A DNA stretch of 64,000 bases from Verrucomicrobiia bacterium (lineage in GTDB: Bacteria > Verrucomicrobiota > Verrucomicrobiia > Limisphaerales > UBA8199). Of the stretch, positions 1 to 9,613 are shown one piece after another. Where the stretch lies: NCBI GenBank assembly GCA_035294005.1, contig DATGLT010000406.1, positions 332-64,331 of the forward strand, written 5' to 3'. Numbering within the stretch: position 1 is the stretch's first letter; each line of letters begins with the position of its first letter. The position numbers and the translations under genes are program-made. The notes under the pieces are model-generated. The model was given only the letters and a program-made list of their open reading frames with translations, was not told the origin of the DNA and did not search any database.

Positions 1-570
1 ATCCTCGTAATCTTGTTCATAGCGCGTTTGGATTCGAGCCGGTCGAGTGTGTTGCTTGCCGCTCACACCTTCGCCGTGACGCTGGGATACACGCTCACAC
101 TGCTCATCGGCGGCCTGGGAATCTGTTTCGTCAGCCAGCGATGCCTGGAGGATTTTTCGACCCCTCGGTTGCAGTCCATTGCCCGCGTCAGTCTGGTTCT
201 GGGCAGCGTTGCGCTGTTCCTAACGACCGTCGGCGTCTTGTTGGGGATGGTCTGGGCCAAAATCGAGTGGGGCCGCTATTGGGCTTGGAATTCCAAGGAG
301 ATCGGCGGTCTGAGCGTGGTGGTTTGGCTGGCTTGCTATTTGGTCGCGCACCGGTTCTTCAAAAGCAGCGAGCGCGGAGTTCTCGCCATCAGCATGCTCG
401 GAAACATTGTGGCAAGCCTGGCATGGTTTGGACCACAGGTGAAGAGTTCGCATCAATCTGGGACTTCCGGCGCCTCCTTCCTGCTGACAATAATGGTCCT
501 GGTCAACCTGGCTTTCTTCGCCATTGGCTTCGTCCCCGCAGGCCGTTTGCGATTAAGAAACGACGCATAA
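1..570 (+). CDS. Cytochrome c biogenesis / heme-handling membrane protein, CcsA/CcmC family (C-terminal part; 5' end probably outside the window)
   Basis: Multi-TM ORF carrying the Trp-rich heme-handling motif WAKIEWGRYWAWNSKE (WGxxWxW[DN]xxE). The track start is a TTG 12 nt from the window edge, and the frame is open back to nt 1. Confidence 0.6.
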   Translation: MLVILFIARLDSSRSSVLLAAHTFAVTLGYTLTLLIGGLGICFVSQRCLEDFSTPRLQSIARVSLVLGSVALFLTTVGVLLGMVWAKIEWGRYWAWNSKEIGGLSVVVWLACYLVAHRFFKSSERGVLAISMLGNIVASLAWFGPQVKSSHQSGTSGASFLLTIMVLVNLAFFAIGFVPAGRLRLRNDA

Positions 571-923
571 ACCATACCTGGGATTACATGCTCCGCCCTT
601 GGCACTTCGGCATCCGCTTGACAGCTTCTGTTCGATGTGGTATTTCTGAAGTAACAGAAATAAAAGAAAATGACGACGCCAAAACGGAATTCCGCAACTG
701 CTGCTCAAGAGTATGAAATCGGCCGTGAGAGCGTTTTTTTTTGAAAGTATATTTCTGTGAATTCAGAAATCACAGATGTGATGAGATTGATTGCCGCCAC
801 TTTCGTTTTCGACCTGGAGCCCTATCTGACAAATGTCCCCAGGCGCATCGGTTATCACGCCATCAATCTGGTTTTCGTTTACCTGCCACTCATCTATCTG
901 CTGACGGCCGGGCAAGGAGCGAA

Positions 924-1919
924 ATGAAAATCGCAATTACCGGCGGGACTGGATTTGTCGGACGAAATATCGCTCGTGCCTTGGCAGCAGAGGGCCATCA
1001 GCTCATCCTCGTTGCCCGCGGAATGGATCGGACCGACCCGAATACCCGGAGCCTGGCTCAGTTCGTTTCACTGGGTTTGGAAAACGAAAATCAACTGGCC
1101 GCAGCGATGGTTGGGTGTGATGCCGTGGTCCATTGTTCCGGAATCAACCGCGAACGTGGGGGCGAGACGTACAGAAAGGTGCATGTCGACGGGACAGGGC
1201 ACGTAGTGGAGGCGGCACGAAAAGTTGGCGCTCGGAAAATCGTGCTGATCAGTTTCCTGAGAGCCAGGCCAAACTGCGGCTCAGCGTATCACGAATCGAA
1301 ATGGGCTGCCGAAGAGATCGTCCGGCGTAGCGGCCTGGATTATACCGTGCTCAAATGCGGTGTCATTTACGGACTCGGCGACCACATGCTCAACCACCTC
1401 AGCCGTGCATTTTACACTTTTCCGGTGTTTGGGTTCGTTGGCTTTCGCGATAGGCCAATTCGTCCGAACGCGGTGGAGGACATTGCGCGAATTGTCAAAG
1501 CCAGCGTGCTGGACGGCGCGCTGGCCCGGAAAACCGTCGCCGTGCTCGGGCCTGATGAATTGACGCTGCGCCAAGCAGTCCGTCGCGTTGCGAGTGTCGC
1601 CGGTCTCCATCCGCTCATGTTTCCGATGCCGGTCTGGTTTCACCGGGTCCTGGGCTGGTGTCTCGAAAGGATGATGAAGGTGCCGATGGTTTCGACTGCG
1701 CAGGTCCGAATGCTTCAGGAAGGTCTGGCGGAGCCGGCCCTTACGTGCGACCCGATGCCGGCCGAGCTTGCTCCGCGCATACGATTCACCCCCGAGCAGA
1801 TCCGTAAAGGTTTGCCCAGGCCGGGTCCGTTCACCTGGCGGGACCTGCAGTGTTTCTCACGCCAACCCGCAGGTCTGGGGCACAAGCATTCGAACCGAGT
1901 CTTTTTCGAAATGCCATGA
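924..1919 (+). CDS. NAD(P)-binding Rossmann-fold protein (atypical SDR, NmrA/NDUFA9-like)
   Basis: ATG 924 is preceded by AAGGAG (914-919). The N-terminus MKIAITGGTGFVGRNIA is a GxxGxxG motif. The track start at 741 adds 61 residues that do not look protein-like. Confidence 0.75.
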   Translation: MKIAITGGTGFVGRNIARALAAEGHQLILVARGMDRTDPNTRSLAQFVSLGLENENQLAAAMVGCDAVVHCSGINRERGGETYRKVHVDGTGHVVEAARKVGARKIVLISFLRARPNCGSAYHESKWAAEEIVRRSGLDYTVLKCGVIYGLGDHMLNHLSRAFYTFPVFGFVGFRDRPIRPNAVEDIARIVKASVLDGALARKTVAVLGPDELTLRQAVRRVASVAGLHPLMFPMPVWFHRVLGWCLERMMKVPMVSTAQVRMLQEGLAEPALTCDPMPAELAPRIRFTPEQIRKGLPRPGPFTWRDLQCFSRQPAGLGHKHSNRVFFEMP

Positions 1920-2033
1920 AAACCGAAATCAAATTAAACCAACTCTGGGGCTGCAGCGGAACTATCTCGCGAAAACCATTCGTCATCTGGGCAGCTCTGC
2001 TGTTCGGGATAGCCGAAGGAGAAAGGATCACGC

Positions 2034-2981
2034 ATGAACAAGGCGAGCGGTAAAATCATTCTGGCCGGCGGCTCCGGTTTCCTCGGCCAGGCACTGGCAC
2101 GTCATTTCCTGAACGGCAAATGGGACGTCGTCATTCTGACCCGGTCGCCTGGCCAAAGCGGCCTGCCGGGACGGCAAGTCCGTTGGGGTGCCGACACGCT
2201 TGGCGACTGGACCAGCGAGCTGGAGGGCGCTGCCGCCGTGATGAACCTTACGGGCAAATCGGTCAACTGCCGGTACACCGCGCGTAACCGAGAGGAGATT
2301 CTGGAATCGCGCGTGAATTCGACTCATGTCCTCGCCGAGGCCATGGCCCGGTGTGCCCAACCACCGCCGGTTTGGCTCAACGCCAGCACGGCCACGTTTT
2401 ACCGACACACGTTTGGCGAGCCGTGGGATGAAACGGGCCAAACCGAGGCATCGGCCGAGGCGAAGGACCGGTTCTCGATTGAAGTCGCCCGGGCTTGGGA
2501 ACGAGCGCTCAACGAAGCCTCCACTCTGCACACGCGGAAGGTCGCGATGCGTATGGCAATGGTGCTGGGATTGGGGAAGAACAGCGTCTTTCCGGTGCTT
2601 CGTAGCCTCGCCAGGCTGGGGCTGGGCGGACGCATGGGCAGCGGCCGGCAGTTCGTCTCCTGGATTCACCAAAATGACTTTTGCCGGGCGGTGGAATGGC
2701 TGATCTCCCACAATGATTTGGAGGGTCCCGCTAATTTGGCCGCTCCGAATCCTCTCCCGAATACAGAGATGATGCGGATTCTGCGGCAGGTTTGCGGTGT
2801 TCCATTTGGTCTTCCGGCGACCGATTGGATGCTCGAGGTCGGTGCGTTTGTTCTGCGTACCGAAACGGAGTTGCTCATCAAAAGCAGGCGCGTGGTTCCA
2901 GGGAAATTGGTGAAATCCGGTTTTGTCTTCCAGTTCCCCACCATTCGAGAGGCATTTGAGGACCTGAACAATAGCACATAG
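2034..2981 (+). CDS. Epimerase-family protein of the YfcH/TIGR01777 type (SDR N-domain plus DUF1731-like C-terminus)
   Basis: ILAGGSGFLGQAL glycine motif, ~315 aa, purine-rich RBS upstream. The 353-aa minus-strand ORF over the same DNA is low-complexity antisense. Confidence 0.75.
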   Translation: MNKASGKIILAGGSGFLGQALARHFLNGKWDVVILTRSPGQSGLPGRQVRWGADTLGDWTSELEGAAAVMNLTGKSVNCRYTARNREEILESRVNSTHVLAEAMARCAQPPPVWLNASTATFYRHTFGEPWDETGQTEASAEAKDRFSIEVARAWERALNEASTLHTRKVAMRMAMVLGLGKNSVFPVLRSLARLGLGGRMGSGRQFVSWIHQNDFCRAVEWLISHNDLEGPANLAAPNPLPNTEMMRILRQVCGVPFGLPATDWMLEVGAFVLRTETELLIKSRRVVPGKLVKSGFVFQFPTIREAFEDLNNST

Positions 2982-3123
2982 GAACCCATGCCATGGGCCG
3001 GTCGTATCCGAGTCCGAGCTCGCGGATTGCTCGGATGGCCGGGAAGCCGCCAACCAACTCGGGACCGGAACTGTGTTGCAAAGATGCAAGTACTGAGCAA
3101 ATGTAAATCAACGAAGAAAACCT

Positions 3124-3351
3124 ATGGAACAGACAAATCGTATGGAAAATGAAGCTGGAGAGGCGCGAGCCAAACTCGAAGGTGTGATTGAAAAGGCCAA
3201 AGAAGCTGGCAAACGGTTGCAGGAACAAACTACCGCCGCCGCCAAGGCCACCGACAAAATGATCCGTGAGAACCCGTATCAGGCACTGGGTGTTGCGTTC
3301 GGCGCGGGATTGCTCGTCGGCGTGTTGGTCATGTGGAGTCGGCGAGACTAG
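3124..3351 (+). CDS. DUF883 / ElaB-YqjD-like tail-anchored small protein
   Basis: 75 aa: a charged coiled N-part (EARAKLEGVIEKAKEAGKRLQEQ) followed by ENPYQALGVAFGAGLLVGVLV, a C-terminal TM anchor typical of the family. Confidence 0.75.
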   Translation: MEQTNRMENEAGEARAKLEGVIEKAKEAGKRLQEQTTAAAKATDKMIRENPYQALGVAFGAGLLVGVLVMWSRRD

Positions 3352-3591
3352 GAATCGCGAACGGGGTGGCCTGGTTTGGTGGCTCGCGGACTTCGGCCAA
3401 GAGTCCACGCTGTAGTATATTTTGCAGCGGGCCTCAAGATCGGTTGATGCCCGCGGAGGCTCGTTTTGTTTCTTGATAGCGCGCTTTATGGGCTCGTTCC
3501 AGCGCGCAACAGGCTAACGTGATTGCTCGGCGCGTGACTGAGGCCCAACAAAAACTGAAAAGCTGGGCCTCTAGCCACGTCAACCTGGCTG

Positions 3592-4638
3592 TTAGAGGGA
3601 ACTCTCTTTAAACAACGAGCGAACAAATGCCGCAAGCGCTCTGCGATCAGGTTCGGGAATTTGGTCCTTCCATGCGGGCATACCGGTGCCCGGAATGCCG
3701 TTGCTCAGAACCTGCAGGATATATTCAAAGTCGGGCTGTTTCAGCCTGAAGTCTGCCGGCGCAGGCATTAGCGCAGTGGCAGCAGTTCCTTTTCCGTCGC
3801 CCGCAATCCCATGACACGGCGCGCAATTTTGCATGAAGACCTGGGTTCCGCGCTGAAGGCCTTCGGCTGATAGCGCAGGCTGGTCGACTTGCTGATGCAG
3901 GCTTTGGATAAAAGCGGCGAGGGCGCTTAAGTCCTCTTGCGGCAGAGAGCGCCAAGACGGCATTGCAGTGCCACGTTTCCCATTCCAGAGGACCTGGCTC
4001 AAAAGGACCAGAGAATAACGCGTCGACGCCAGGTCCTTTGGCTTCCGCAGCAGCACTGGGGCGACAAAACCATCGCCTCGCCCGGTCATCCCGTGGCAGC
4101 CGGCACAATCTTTCTTAAACAATTCTGCTCCCTGTTCAATTTGCTTGGTATGCTGTGCGCCTTCTGAAGGGACGATGAGCGGTGGAGCGGTCTCGGTGAG
4201 CGCACTTGGCTTGACCACAGGGCCAAAGTCAGAATCCTCATCCTGAACAGCAGCACGCTTCGAATCGGGACCGTGAGTAACAACCAGGTACTGGACGATG
4301 GCGGTCCTCTGCTCCTGGTCCATTTGCGCACCGTAGACCTTGGTCATTTTGTCCACCGTCTCCTCCCACTTCCGTTGTGGGAAGAAGGGCTGCATCATTA
4401 CGTATCGGGGCGAATGGCAACTGACGCACACGACGAGATACTCGTCACGGCCAGCGGCCAGGGGTACGTCCGGTTCGAAATGCGGCAGCGTTATCGAGTG
4501 TACGTTCTGAGCCGCCCGCGCCGAGTCGGGTCCGGGGCCGTTCGACTGGGACTCGGATGCACCGCAATGACCGACCAGAACTAAGAGGGAGCACAAGCCC
4601 CAAGATGCGAGGTGATCTTTACAGGTCAGTCGCTTCAC
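3592..4638 (-). CDS. Tri-heme c-type cytochrome, probable electron acceptor of the upstream Mo-enzyme
   Basis: Three CxxCH motifs (CVSCH, CAGCH, CAPCH) and a hydrophobic N-terminal segment. The GTG start at 4638 overlaps the TGA of the upstream gene (GTGA at 4635-4638). The longer track ORF to 4797 would overlap that gene by 163 nt. Confidence 0.8.
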   Translation of the reverse strand: MKRLTCKDHLASWGLCSLLVLVGHCGASESQSNGPGPDSARAAQNVHSITLPHFEPDVPLAAGRDEYLVVCVSCHSPRYVMMQPFFPQRKWEETVDKMTKVYGAQMDQEQRTAIVQYLVVTHGPDSKRAAVQDEDSDFGPVVKPSALTETAPPLIVPSEGAQHTKQIEQGAELFKKDCAGCHGMTGRGDGFVAPVLLRKPKDLASTRYSLVLLSQVLWNGKRGTAMPSWRSLPQEDLSALAAFIQSLHQQVDQPALSAEGLQRGTQVFMQNCAPCHGIAGDGKGTAATALMPAPADFRLKQPDFEYILQVLSNGIPGTGMPAWKDQIPEPDRRALAAFVRSLFKESSL

Positions 4639-5855
4639 AGAACCTCCACCTCGGTATGCTCGATCACGTTCCGCATGTAACCGCCGCGATTCCACAGGCT
4701 GGTGGTCTGTTGCTGTCCGGCCCGGTTCAACGCGCGGACCTGGAGTTGGTACTTTCCGCGCGAGGGCGGGTTCCAGCGAAAACGCCAGCGGCGCCACGAA
4801 TACTTGCCCAATTCCCGATCGAGTTGCGCGTTGAGCCAGGTGCGGCCGGCATCCGTCGAGACTTCCAGGCCTTGAATACCGATGCCGCTGTCGAAGGCGA
4901 GACCCTGAATCTCAAACGGACCGTTCGCAGGTATTTGCTCGCCCGGTTCGGGCCGGACAAACAAGGAGCGCAGGCTCATGCGGTTGATCGGGGTTGTTTC
5001 GGCAGCCAGATGTTCAGGCGTTTCGTTCCCATCCGGTGAAGTCGGAATCCGGTAAGCCTTGTCCATCCAGAAACCATGGAACTTCTCCGGGAGCACTTGG
5101 ATATGGCTCAAGGCCTTCACCCAATACGTGGCGTACCAACCCGGAACCACAAGCCGCAAAGGAAAACCATTGAGCATCGGCAATTCTGACCCATTCATCT
5201 GGTAGGCGACCATCACTTCGCCGTCTCTGGCATGGTCGACGTCGAGCGCTTTAACAAAATTGGGCGTGCCCGGCATGGCGGCACGATCCAAGCCGTTAAA
5301 GGCCACTTCAATGGCGCCTCCTTTCAACCCGGCCCGGTCCAGCAGGTCGCGGAGTCGAACCCCGGTCCAACGCGCATTGCCCATGGCACCGTTCTTCCAT
5401 TGGCCGCCCGGCACCCGGGGTTCGAAGAAACTGCGGGAGTTTCCTGAACACTGGTTTACCGCCACAACAGAGACCGTTTCAAAATTGCGGCGCAATTCAG
5501 CCAGCGAGAGCGACAATGGCTTTTCCACGTGCCCCTCAATCCGCAGCCGAAAGGCTTCAACATCGATGGACGTAGGAATGCCCTCCAAATGCCAGCGAAC
5601 GTAAAAAGCTTCGTTGGGGGTTAGGTCCTCGCGGAAATATTTCAAGGGCGTCTCCAACTGTGGAGGGCGATCCGTTCGAAGAATGAGGTCAGTTTTTTCG
5701 GGAAATCGAACGAGTTGTTCCGCTCCGGTCGGCATTTCGGGGATCGCTGCCGTAACCTTGGGCAGGATCAGCCCCCCAGCCCCTGCCGCGGCAAGCGCGC
5801 GCATAAACTTGCGGCGATTCATGGCATTCCGTGCCGGCGAAAAAGCGGTTTTCAT
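4635..5855 (-). CDS. Sulfite-oxidase-family molybdopterin oxidoreductase (SorA-like), TAT-exported
   Basis: Twin-arginine leader NRRKFMRALAAAGAGG. Mo-pterin domain motifs VNQCSGNSR and GFPLRLVVPGWYATYWVKAL. The C-terminal region has the length of a dimerisation domain. Confidence 0.85.
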   Translation of the reverse strand: MKTAFSPARNAMNRRKFMRALAAAGAGGLILPKVTAAIPEMPTGAEQLVRFPEKTDLILRTDRPPQLETPLKYFREDLTPNEAFYVRWHLEGIPTSIDVEAFRLRIEGHVEKPLSLSLAELRRNFETVSVVAVNQCSGNSRSFFEPRVPGGQWKNGAMGNARWTGVRLRDLLDRAGLKGGAIEVAFNGLDRAAMPGTPNFVKALDVDHARDGEVMVAYQMNGSELPMLNGFPLRLVVPGWYATYWVKALSHIQVLPEKFHGFWMDKAYRIPTSPDGNETPEHLAAETTPINRMSLRSLFVRPEPGEQIPANGPFEIQGLAFDSGIGIQGLEVSTDAGRTWLNAQLDRELGKYSWRRWRFRWNPPSRGKYQLQVRALNRAGQQQTTSLWNRGGYMRNVIEHTEVEVL

Positions 5856-6201
5856 CGTTTCCGGCCTATCCTAACGAAGCTTTGGATTTGCATCAACAAA
5901 GCCCCGGTGATGAATCGGGTGGCCCCTTCGCCGACACGCTCCAAAAGAGACCCGTACACTTGCCGTCAGCCCAAACTTTCGCAGAGGCGGCTATACGCCA
6001 GTGTCTCTCATGAAAAATGCGAAAAACGTGCCCTCCTTCTACCCGAACAAATTTGTACCCCGGTGCCTGGGCCACTCCGATGATTGCGGAGTCGCGCGCA
6101 CACGCTACCCGATCACATTTGTCCCTTCTGCCCCGAGTCCACCTGCCACTGGCATCGCCGGGGGGAAGGCGACGCATCAGGGAAGTCTTTTGCCGGGGAG
6201 T

Positions 6202-7101
6202 TTATTCATGAAAGAACAAGTCAGGTGAAATGCCTGTCGCATCCATCGCGGCTTGAAGGTGAAACCCGGAGTACCGGTAACCGACCAGAATGGTCCAGAT
6301 TTGGTAATCCAAGGTTTGGGCGTGCTTTATCAATTTCAATCCGTTGATAAAGCCCCCGCTAATATAGTAGTCGGTGACCAACCCGTCGGGCTTGATTCCT
6401 GGTTGGTCTAAACTGCTCCACGCGATTGCCGGGTCAGTAAAAGAAAGGTAATCGCAAGGGCGTTTGAATCGTGTTGATGCCATCTCCTCGGCGTATGCTC
6501 GGAGTATACCCAAGCAGTTTGAATCACCGACTAGATAAACCACTGCCGCGCGCCCGGCGACTTGTTCCGACTGTTGATTTAGTCGGCTCGTGGCGGCCCT
6601 TGCTGGCAGCGCGACGGGGTCGCATGATAACCGGATTTGCTTGGTGTGGTGCAGACTTGGGCATGTGTGCACCTCCTCGATTGCGCTTAGCAGGTCTCGA
6701 TGGAAGCTCTCGATGCCTTTTTGCAGCAGGTAGTCCGGTTGCGCCGGCCAGTCAGCTACAGCACCGCGGAGATGCTCCAGCGGGAACCCGCTGATTACAA
6801 TGGCGGGAATTGTTGGGGCGACTTTGCGAAGCTCCTGGACGATCCTCAGGCCGCTAATGGGCCCGCCATCAAAATAGAACGCTGTCACTAAAATATCCGG
6901 AAGCTGCTCTTTGTCCTTCAGCGCTACCAATACTCCCGTGGGTGAAAACGTCCTAACAGTAAAGCCGGTTTGATGGGCAAAACACAGGCTCAGGAATTCA
7001 GCGGAGCACGGACGTTCGACAATCCAGAGAACGCGCTGCCTTTGGGGAATTGGGGCCGCTCCTTGGATGCTCATGTCTGATTGCTTGTGAATCCGTTTCA
7101 T
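6202..7101 (-). CDS. Protein with two tandem receiver-like (CheY-fold) domains; the first looks like a pseudo-receiver
   Basis: Two internally similar ~120-aa units (PDILVTAFYFDGGPISGLRIVQEL / PDGLVTDYYISGGFINGLKLIKHA). Unit 1 lacks the acidic pocket and the phospho-Asp; unit 2 keeps an Asp at the expected position. The start lies 1 nt after the stop of the TPR gene. Confidence 0.5.
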   Translation of the reverse strand: MKRIHKQSDMSIQGAAPIPQRQRVLWIVERPCSAEFLSLCFAHQTGFTVRTFSPTGVLVALKDKEQLPDILVTAFYFDGGPISGLRIVQELRKVAPTIPAIVISGFPLEHLRGAVADWPAQPDYLLQKGIESFHRDLLSAIEEVHTCPSLHHTKQIRLSCDPVALPARAATSRLNQQSEQVAGRAAVVYLVGDSNCLGILRAYAEEMASTRFKRPCDYLSFTDPAIAWSSLDQPGIKPDGLVTDYYISGGFINGLKLIKHAQTLDYQIWTILVGYRYSGFHLQAAMDATGISPDLFFHE

Positions 7102-7102
7102 T

Positions 7103-7849
7103 TCACTTATCCGGCAATTCAGTGCGCGGTGGCTGCAGGTGTTTGCGGATTTCCAAGCGCACTCCCTCGACTGCCGCTTTGCATTTCTGGAGGAGCGGTC
7201 CGAACTCGAATTCGAGCTCAGGATGCTGTTGGATTAATTCTTCCAAGTGATTCGCTGAACGCTCGTCGCTGGCGTTGGCCTGTGTGGCGATCACAAAGCA
7301 ACGAGCCGCTTCGGCATATTTTCCCTGGCCCTGCAGGGCGAGCCCAAGATTCTTGTGGGCGTTCTGTGGCTTGGCCGTAATCTCAATGGCGCGTCGACAG
7401 TAACGTTCACCTTCTTCAAAACGTCCCAGTTGGTTCAGCGAGTATCCGAGATTGTTGTGGAGATAGTACCACGTGAACTGGGCACAGGGTTCCATGCTGA
7501 CGCCTTGCAAATAAAAACGCACCGCCAGATCAAAATCCTTGCTCATCTCGGCTAGTTGGCCCAGGGACAGGATGAGGTATGCTTTGTTTTCGATGTCCGG
7601 GACTCTGGCAAGCAGGTCCCGGACAGCTTTCTCGGCCTTCTCCACTTGATAGGTGGCCTTGTAGAAATTGGCCAGGTCCCACATTGCCTTAATGGGGTTG
7701 CCTGCTTCGGCCCCTTTTTTGACCTCGGCCAGCAGGCGTTCTTCGGCTTGTCCCGCGGTCAAAGGGACTGCTCCAGGCGGCGGAGGGGTAGGCAACCGGT
7801 AGGATACTTCGAATCGTTCTTCTGAATTTTTGTGTTCTTCCGTACTCAT
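7103..7849 (-). CDS. Tetratricopeptide-repeat protein
   Basis: Repeated 34-aa A/Y/L-pattern helices (e.g. AHKNLGLALQGQGKYAEAARCFVIA). Same strand as, and abutting, the flanking receiver genes. Confidence 0.75.
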   Translation of the reverse strand: MSTEEHKNSEERFEVSYRLPTPPPPGAVPLTAGQAEERLLAEVKKGAEAGNPIKAMWDLANFYKATYQVEKAEKAVRDLLARVPDIENKAYLILSLGQLAEMSKDFDLAVRFYLQGVSMEPCAQFTWYYLHNNLGYSLNQLGRFEEGERYCRRAIEITAKPQNAHKNLGLALQGQGKYAEAARCFVIATQANASDERSANHLEELIQQHPELEFEFGPLLQKCKAAVEGVRLEIRKHLQPPRTELPDK

Positions 7850-7932
7850 AAATTTGACTGCTTCTCCGTTTCTTCGTTCTGACTATGGATCATGTCTTCG
7901 CCTGCTTGGCGTACGCATATTCTCAATTTGCA

Positions 7933-8316
7933 TCAGGATAGCTTTTGGACTTCGAGGCATTTCATCAACTCATGCACAGCGAAAGGCTTCCAAAGGAAGC
8001 TGCAGCCGGAAAACCGGGCGGCTCTTTGGCGATACTCCTCTGACCGGCTGCCAGTGCAGAACACGATGTGGGTCTTTCCCAGCCACCCTGACGCGTTGGC
8101 GGCTTCTACCAGCTCAAAACCGGTTGTGTCCGTCAGCTCGATGTCGACCAGAGCGGCATCAAAAGAGCCGCTGCGCAGCAGCTGTAGCGCCTCCTTTCCA
8201 GTAGACGCAACTTGTGCCTCGATTTCCAGCGTCTCCAGGGTATGGACGAGGACATCCGCCAACTCTGCCATGTCCTCGACCACCAGTAGCCTCATCTTTT
8301 GTCGGCCAACAGTCAT
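7933..8316 (-). CDS. Single-domain CheY-like response regulator
   Basis: MRLLVVEDM..., AALVDIEL (phospho-Asp), IVFCTG, LWKPF: all canonical receiver positions are present. ATG at 8316 or 8295. The track extension to 8697 is low-complexity. Confidence 0.85.
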   Translation of the reverse strand: MTVGRQKMRLLVVEDMAELADVLVHTLETLEIEAQVASTGKEALQLLRSGSFDAALVDIELTDTTGFELVEAANASGWLGKTHIVFCTGSRSEEYRQRAARFSGCSFLWKPFAVHELMKCLEVQKLS

Positions 8317-9007
8317 GCGAGCGGCGGGATTCTCGTTGTCTGCTTGCACCGGGCCAGGGTCTGTTACTTTCTGACGCGTTACGCCGCATCCCTTCACCGA
8401 CGCCTCCGAATCCGTCATTAGGTCTGAACATCTATTCATATTTGAGTTCCATGTTTTCCATCCGAGGATCCCAATGCTTGTCGCAACAGGTATTGGGGAC
8501 AAAAGCTGGACAAACCACCGCTTCCCGAGCGGGTTCCGCTCCGTGGGTACGTCATCCTGGACTGCGCCTTTCCTTTGCTTGGATGTTCGGGCCAGAGAAT
8601 GCGCTGAGTTTGACGAGTTCCGACCTCCCGGGGATTGTTCATGTCTGATTGGGTTCCTGTTTGACTGCCAATCCCGAAATAGCAGATTCGGGACCACGGA
8701 CGGATTCAGGCCGATTCCACAATTCCGGCGGTGCAGTGATGATCGCTCCGCGGGCGCCGCAACTTTGTCGAGGAGTGGTCTTTAACTGAACCAAATCAGG
8801 CGCTTTTGAACCGGCCGCGCTCATGCCTTGGATCTTGTCGAAAAAGATGACGACCTCCTCGGGTTGTGTCCATTTTTGACACGGGGTTTGGACACGTTAT
8901 GTCCTAATTTCCCACAGCAGCACTCATGCACTGGCCAAATCCTCGCCGCACCGGGCCTGAATTGTCGACGGCATCGTCGTCGGCACGCCCCATGCGGAAA
9001 GGCTCGC

Positions 9008-9613
9008 ATGAACAACGTGATGCCACATGAAGAATTCCGGGTAAACGGTGACGCCCTGGAACTAAAGCCGCTCGTGCTGGTAGTCGATGACGATGCGGAT
9101 ATGCAGGCTCTGATCATTGGGGCATTGAGACGCGCCGGGATGGCATGTGTCGGCGCCAGCTCGGTGGAGGAAGCTCTTACTGCAATGCAGACGCAAAAGA
9201 TCAGTCTGACTGTGTTGGACTGGGGGCTGGACAGGAGCGGAGTTGAAGTCCTCACGGTAGCCAGAGAGCTTTACCCCTCGATGCCGGTCGTCGTAATCAG
9301 CGGAATGCCTTTGGAGGTTCGGACAGATGCGGTCGTGAACAAGGCCGACGCGTTCCTGAGCAAACCTTTCAGTGCGACTGTTTTAGCGGGCCAGGTGATG
9401 CAGTTGATCGAGAGAACCCGTCAGGCGCCCGCCATCTTCTTGCCGCAGAGGCCCGAGGACGTCCTCTCTTTGCAAGAGGTTCAATCGATTTACATTCGCC
9501 ACGTCGTTCAGCTGCTTGGAGGCAATAAATCCAGGGCGGCAGAAGTTCTTGGAATCCACCGTCACACCGTTTCGACTGCGTACACGGCAACCTCCGAAAC
9601 ACAAAAGTCATGA
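9008..9613 (+). CDS. Response regulator: receiver domain plus Fis-type HTH, with no AAA+ domain
   Basis: LVLVVDDD, LTVLDWGL, VVISG and SKPF receiver motifs. C-terminal GGNKSRAAEVLGIHRHTV helix-turn-helix. ATG 9008 is preferred over the track start at 8828. Confidence 0.8.
   Translation: MNNVMPHEEFRVNGDALELKPLVLVVDDDADMQALIIGALRRAGMACVGASSVEEALTAMQTQKISLTVLDWGLDRSGVEVLTVARELYPSMPVVVISGMPLEVRTDAVVNKADAFLSKPFSATVLAGQVMQLIERTRQAPAIFLPQRPEDVLSLQEVQSIYIRHVVQLLGGNKSRAAEVLGIHRHTVSTAYTATSETQKS

Noticed and set aside
754-776. CRP-binding-site interpretation of the TGTGA/TCACA palindrome
   Set aside because: The spacer between the arms is 9 nt, not the canonical 6 nt. It is kept only as an unassigned palindrome.
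741-923. N-terminal extensions offered by the ORF track (also 8317-8697, 8828-9007, 16528-16797, 46709-46750, 48618-48818, 42772-42939)
   Set aside because: The track takes the longest ATG/GTG/TTG start. Internal ATGs with better context (RBS, signal peptide, family-typical N-terminus, ATGA coupling) were preferred, and the extensions are low-complexity or overlap the upstream gene.
2028-3089. 353-aa minus-strand ORF covering the YfcH-like gene
   Set aside because: It is antisense to a gene with clear family motifs, and its translation is Arg/Pro/Gly-rich low-complexity sequence typical of high-GC shadow ORFs.
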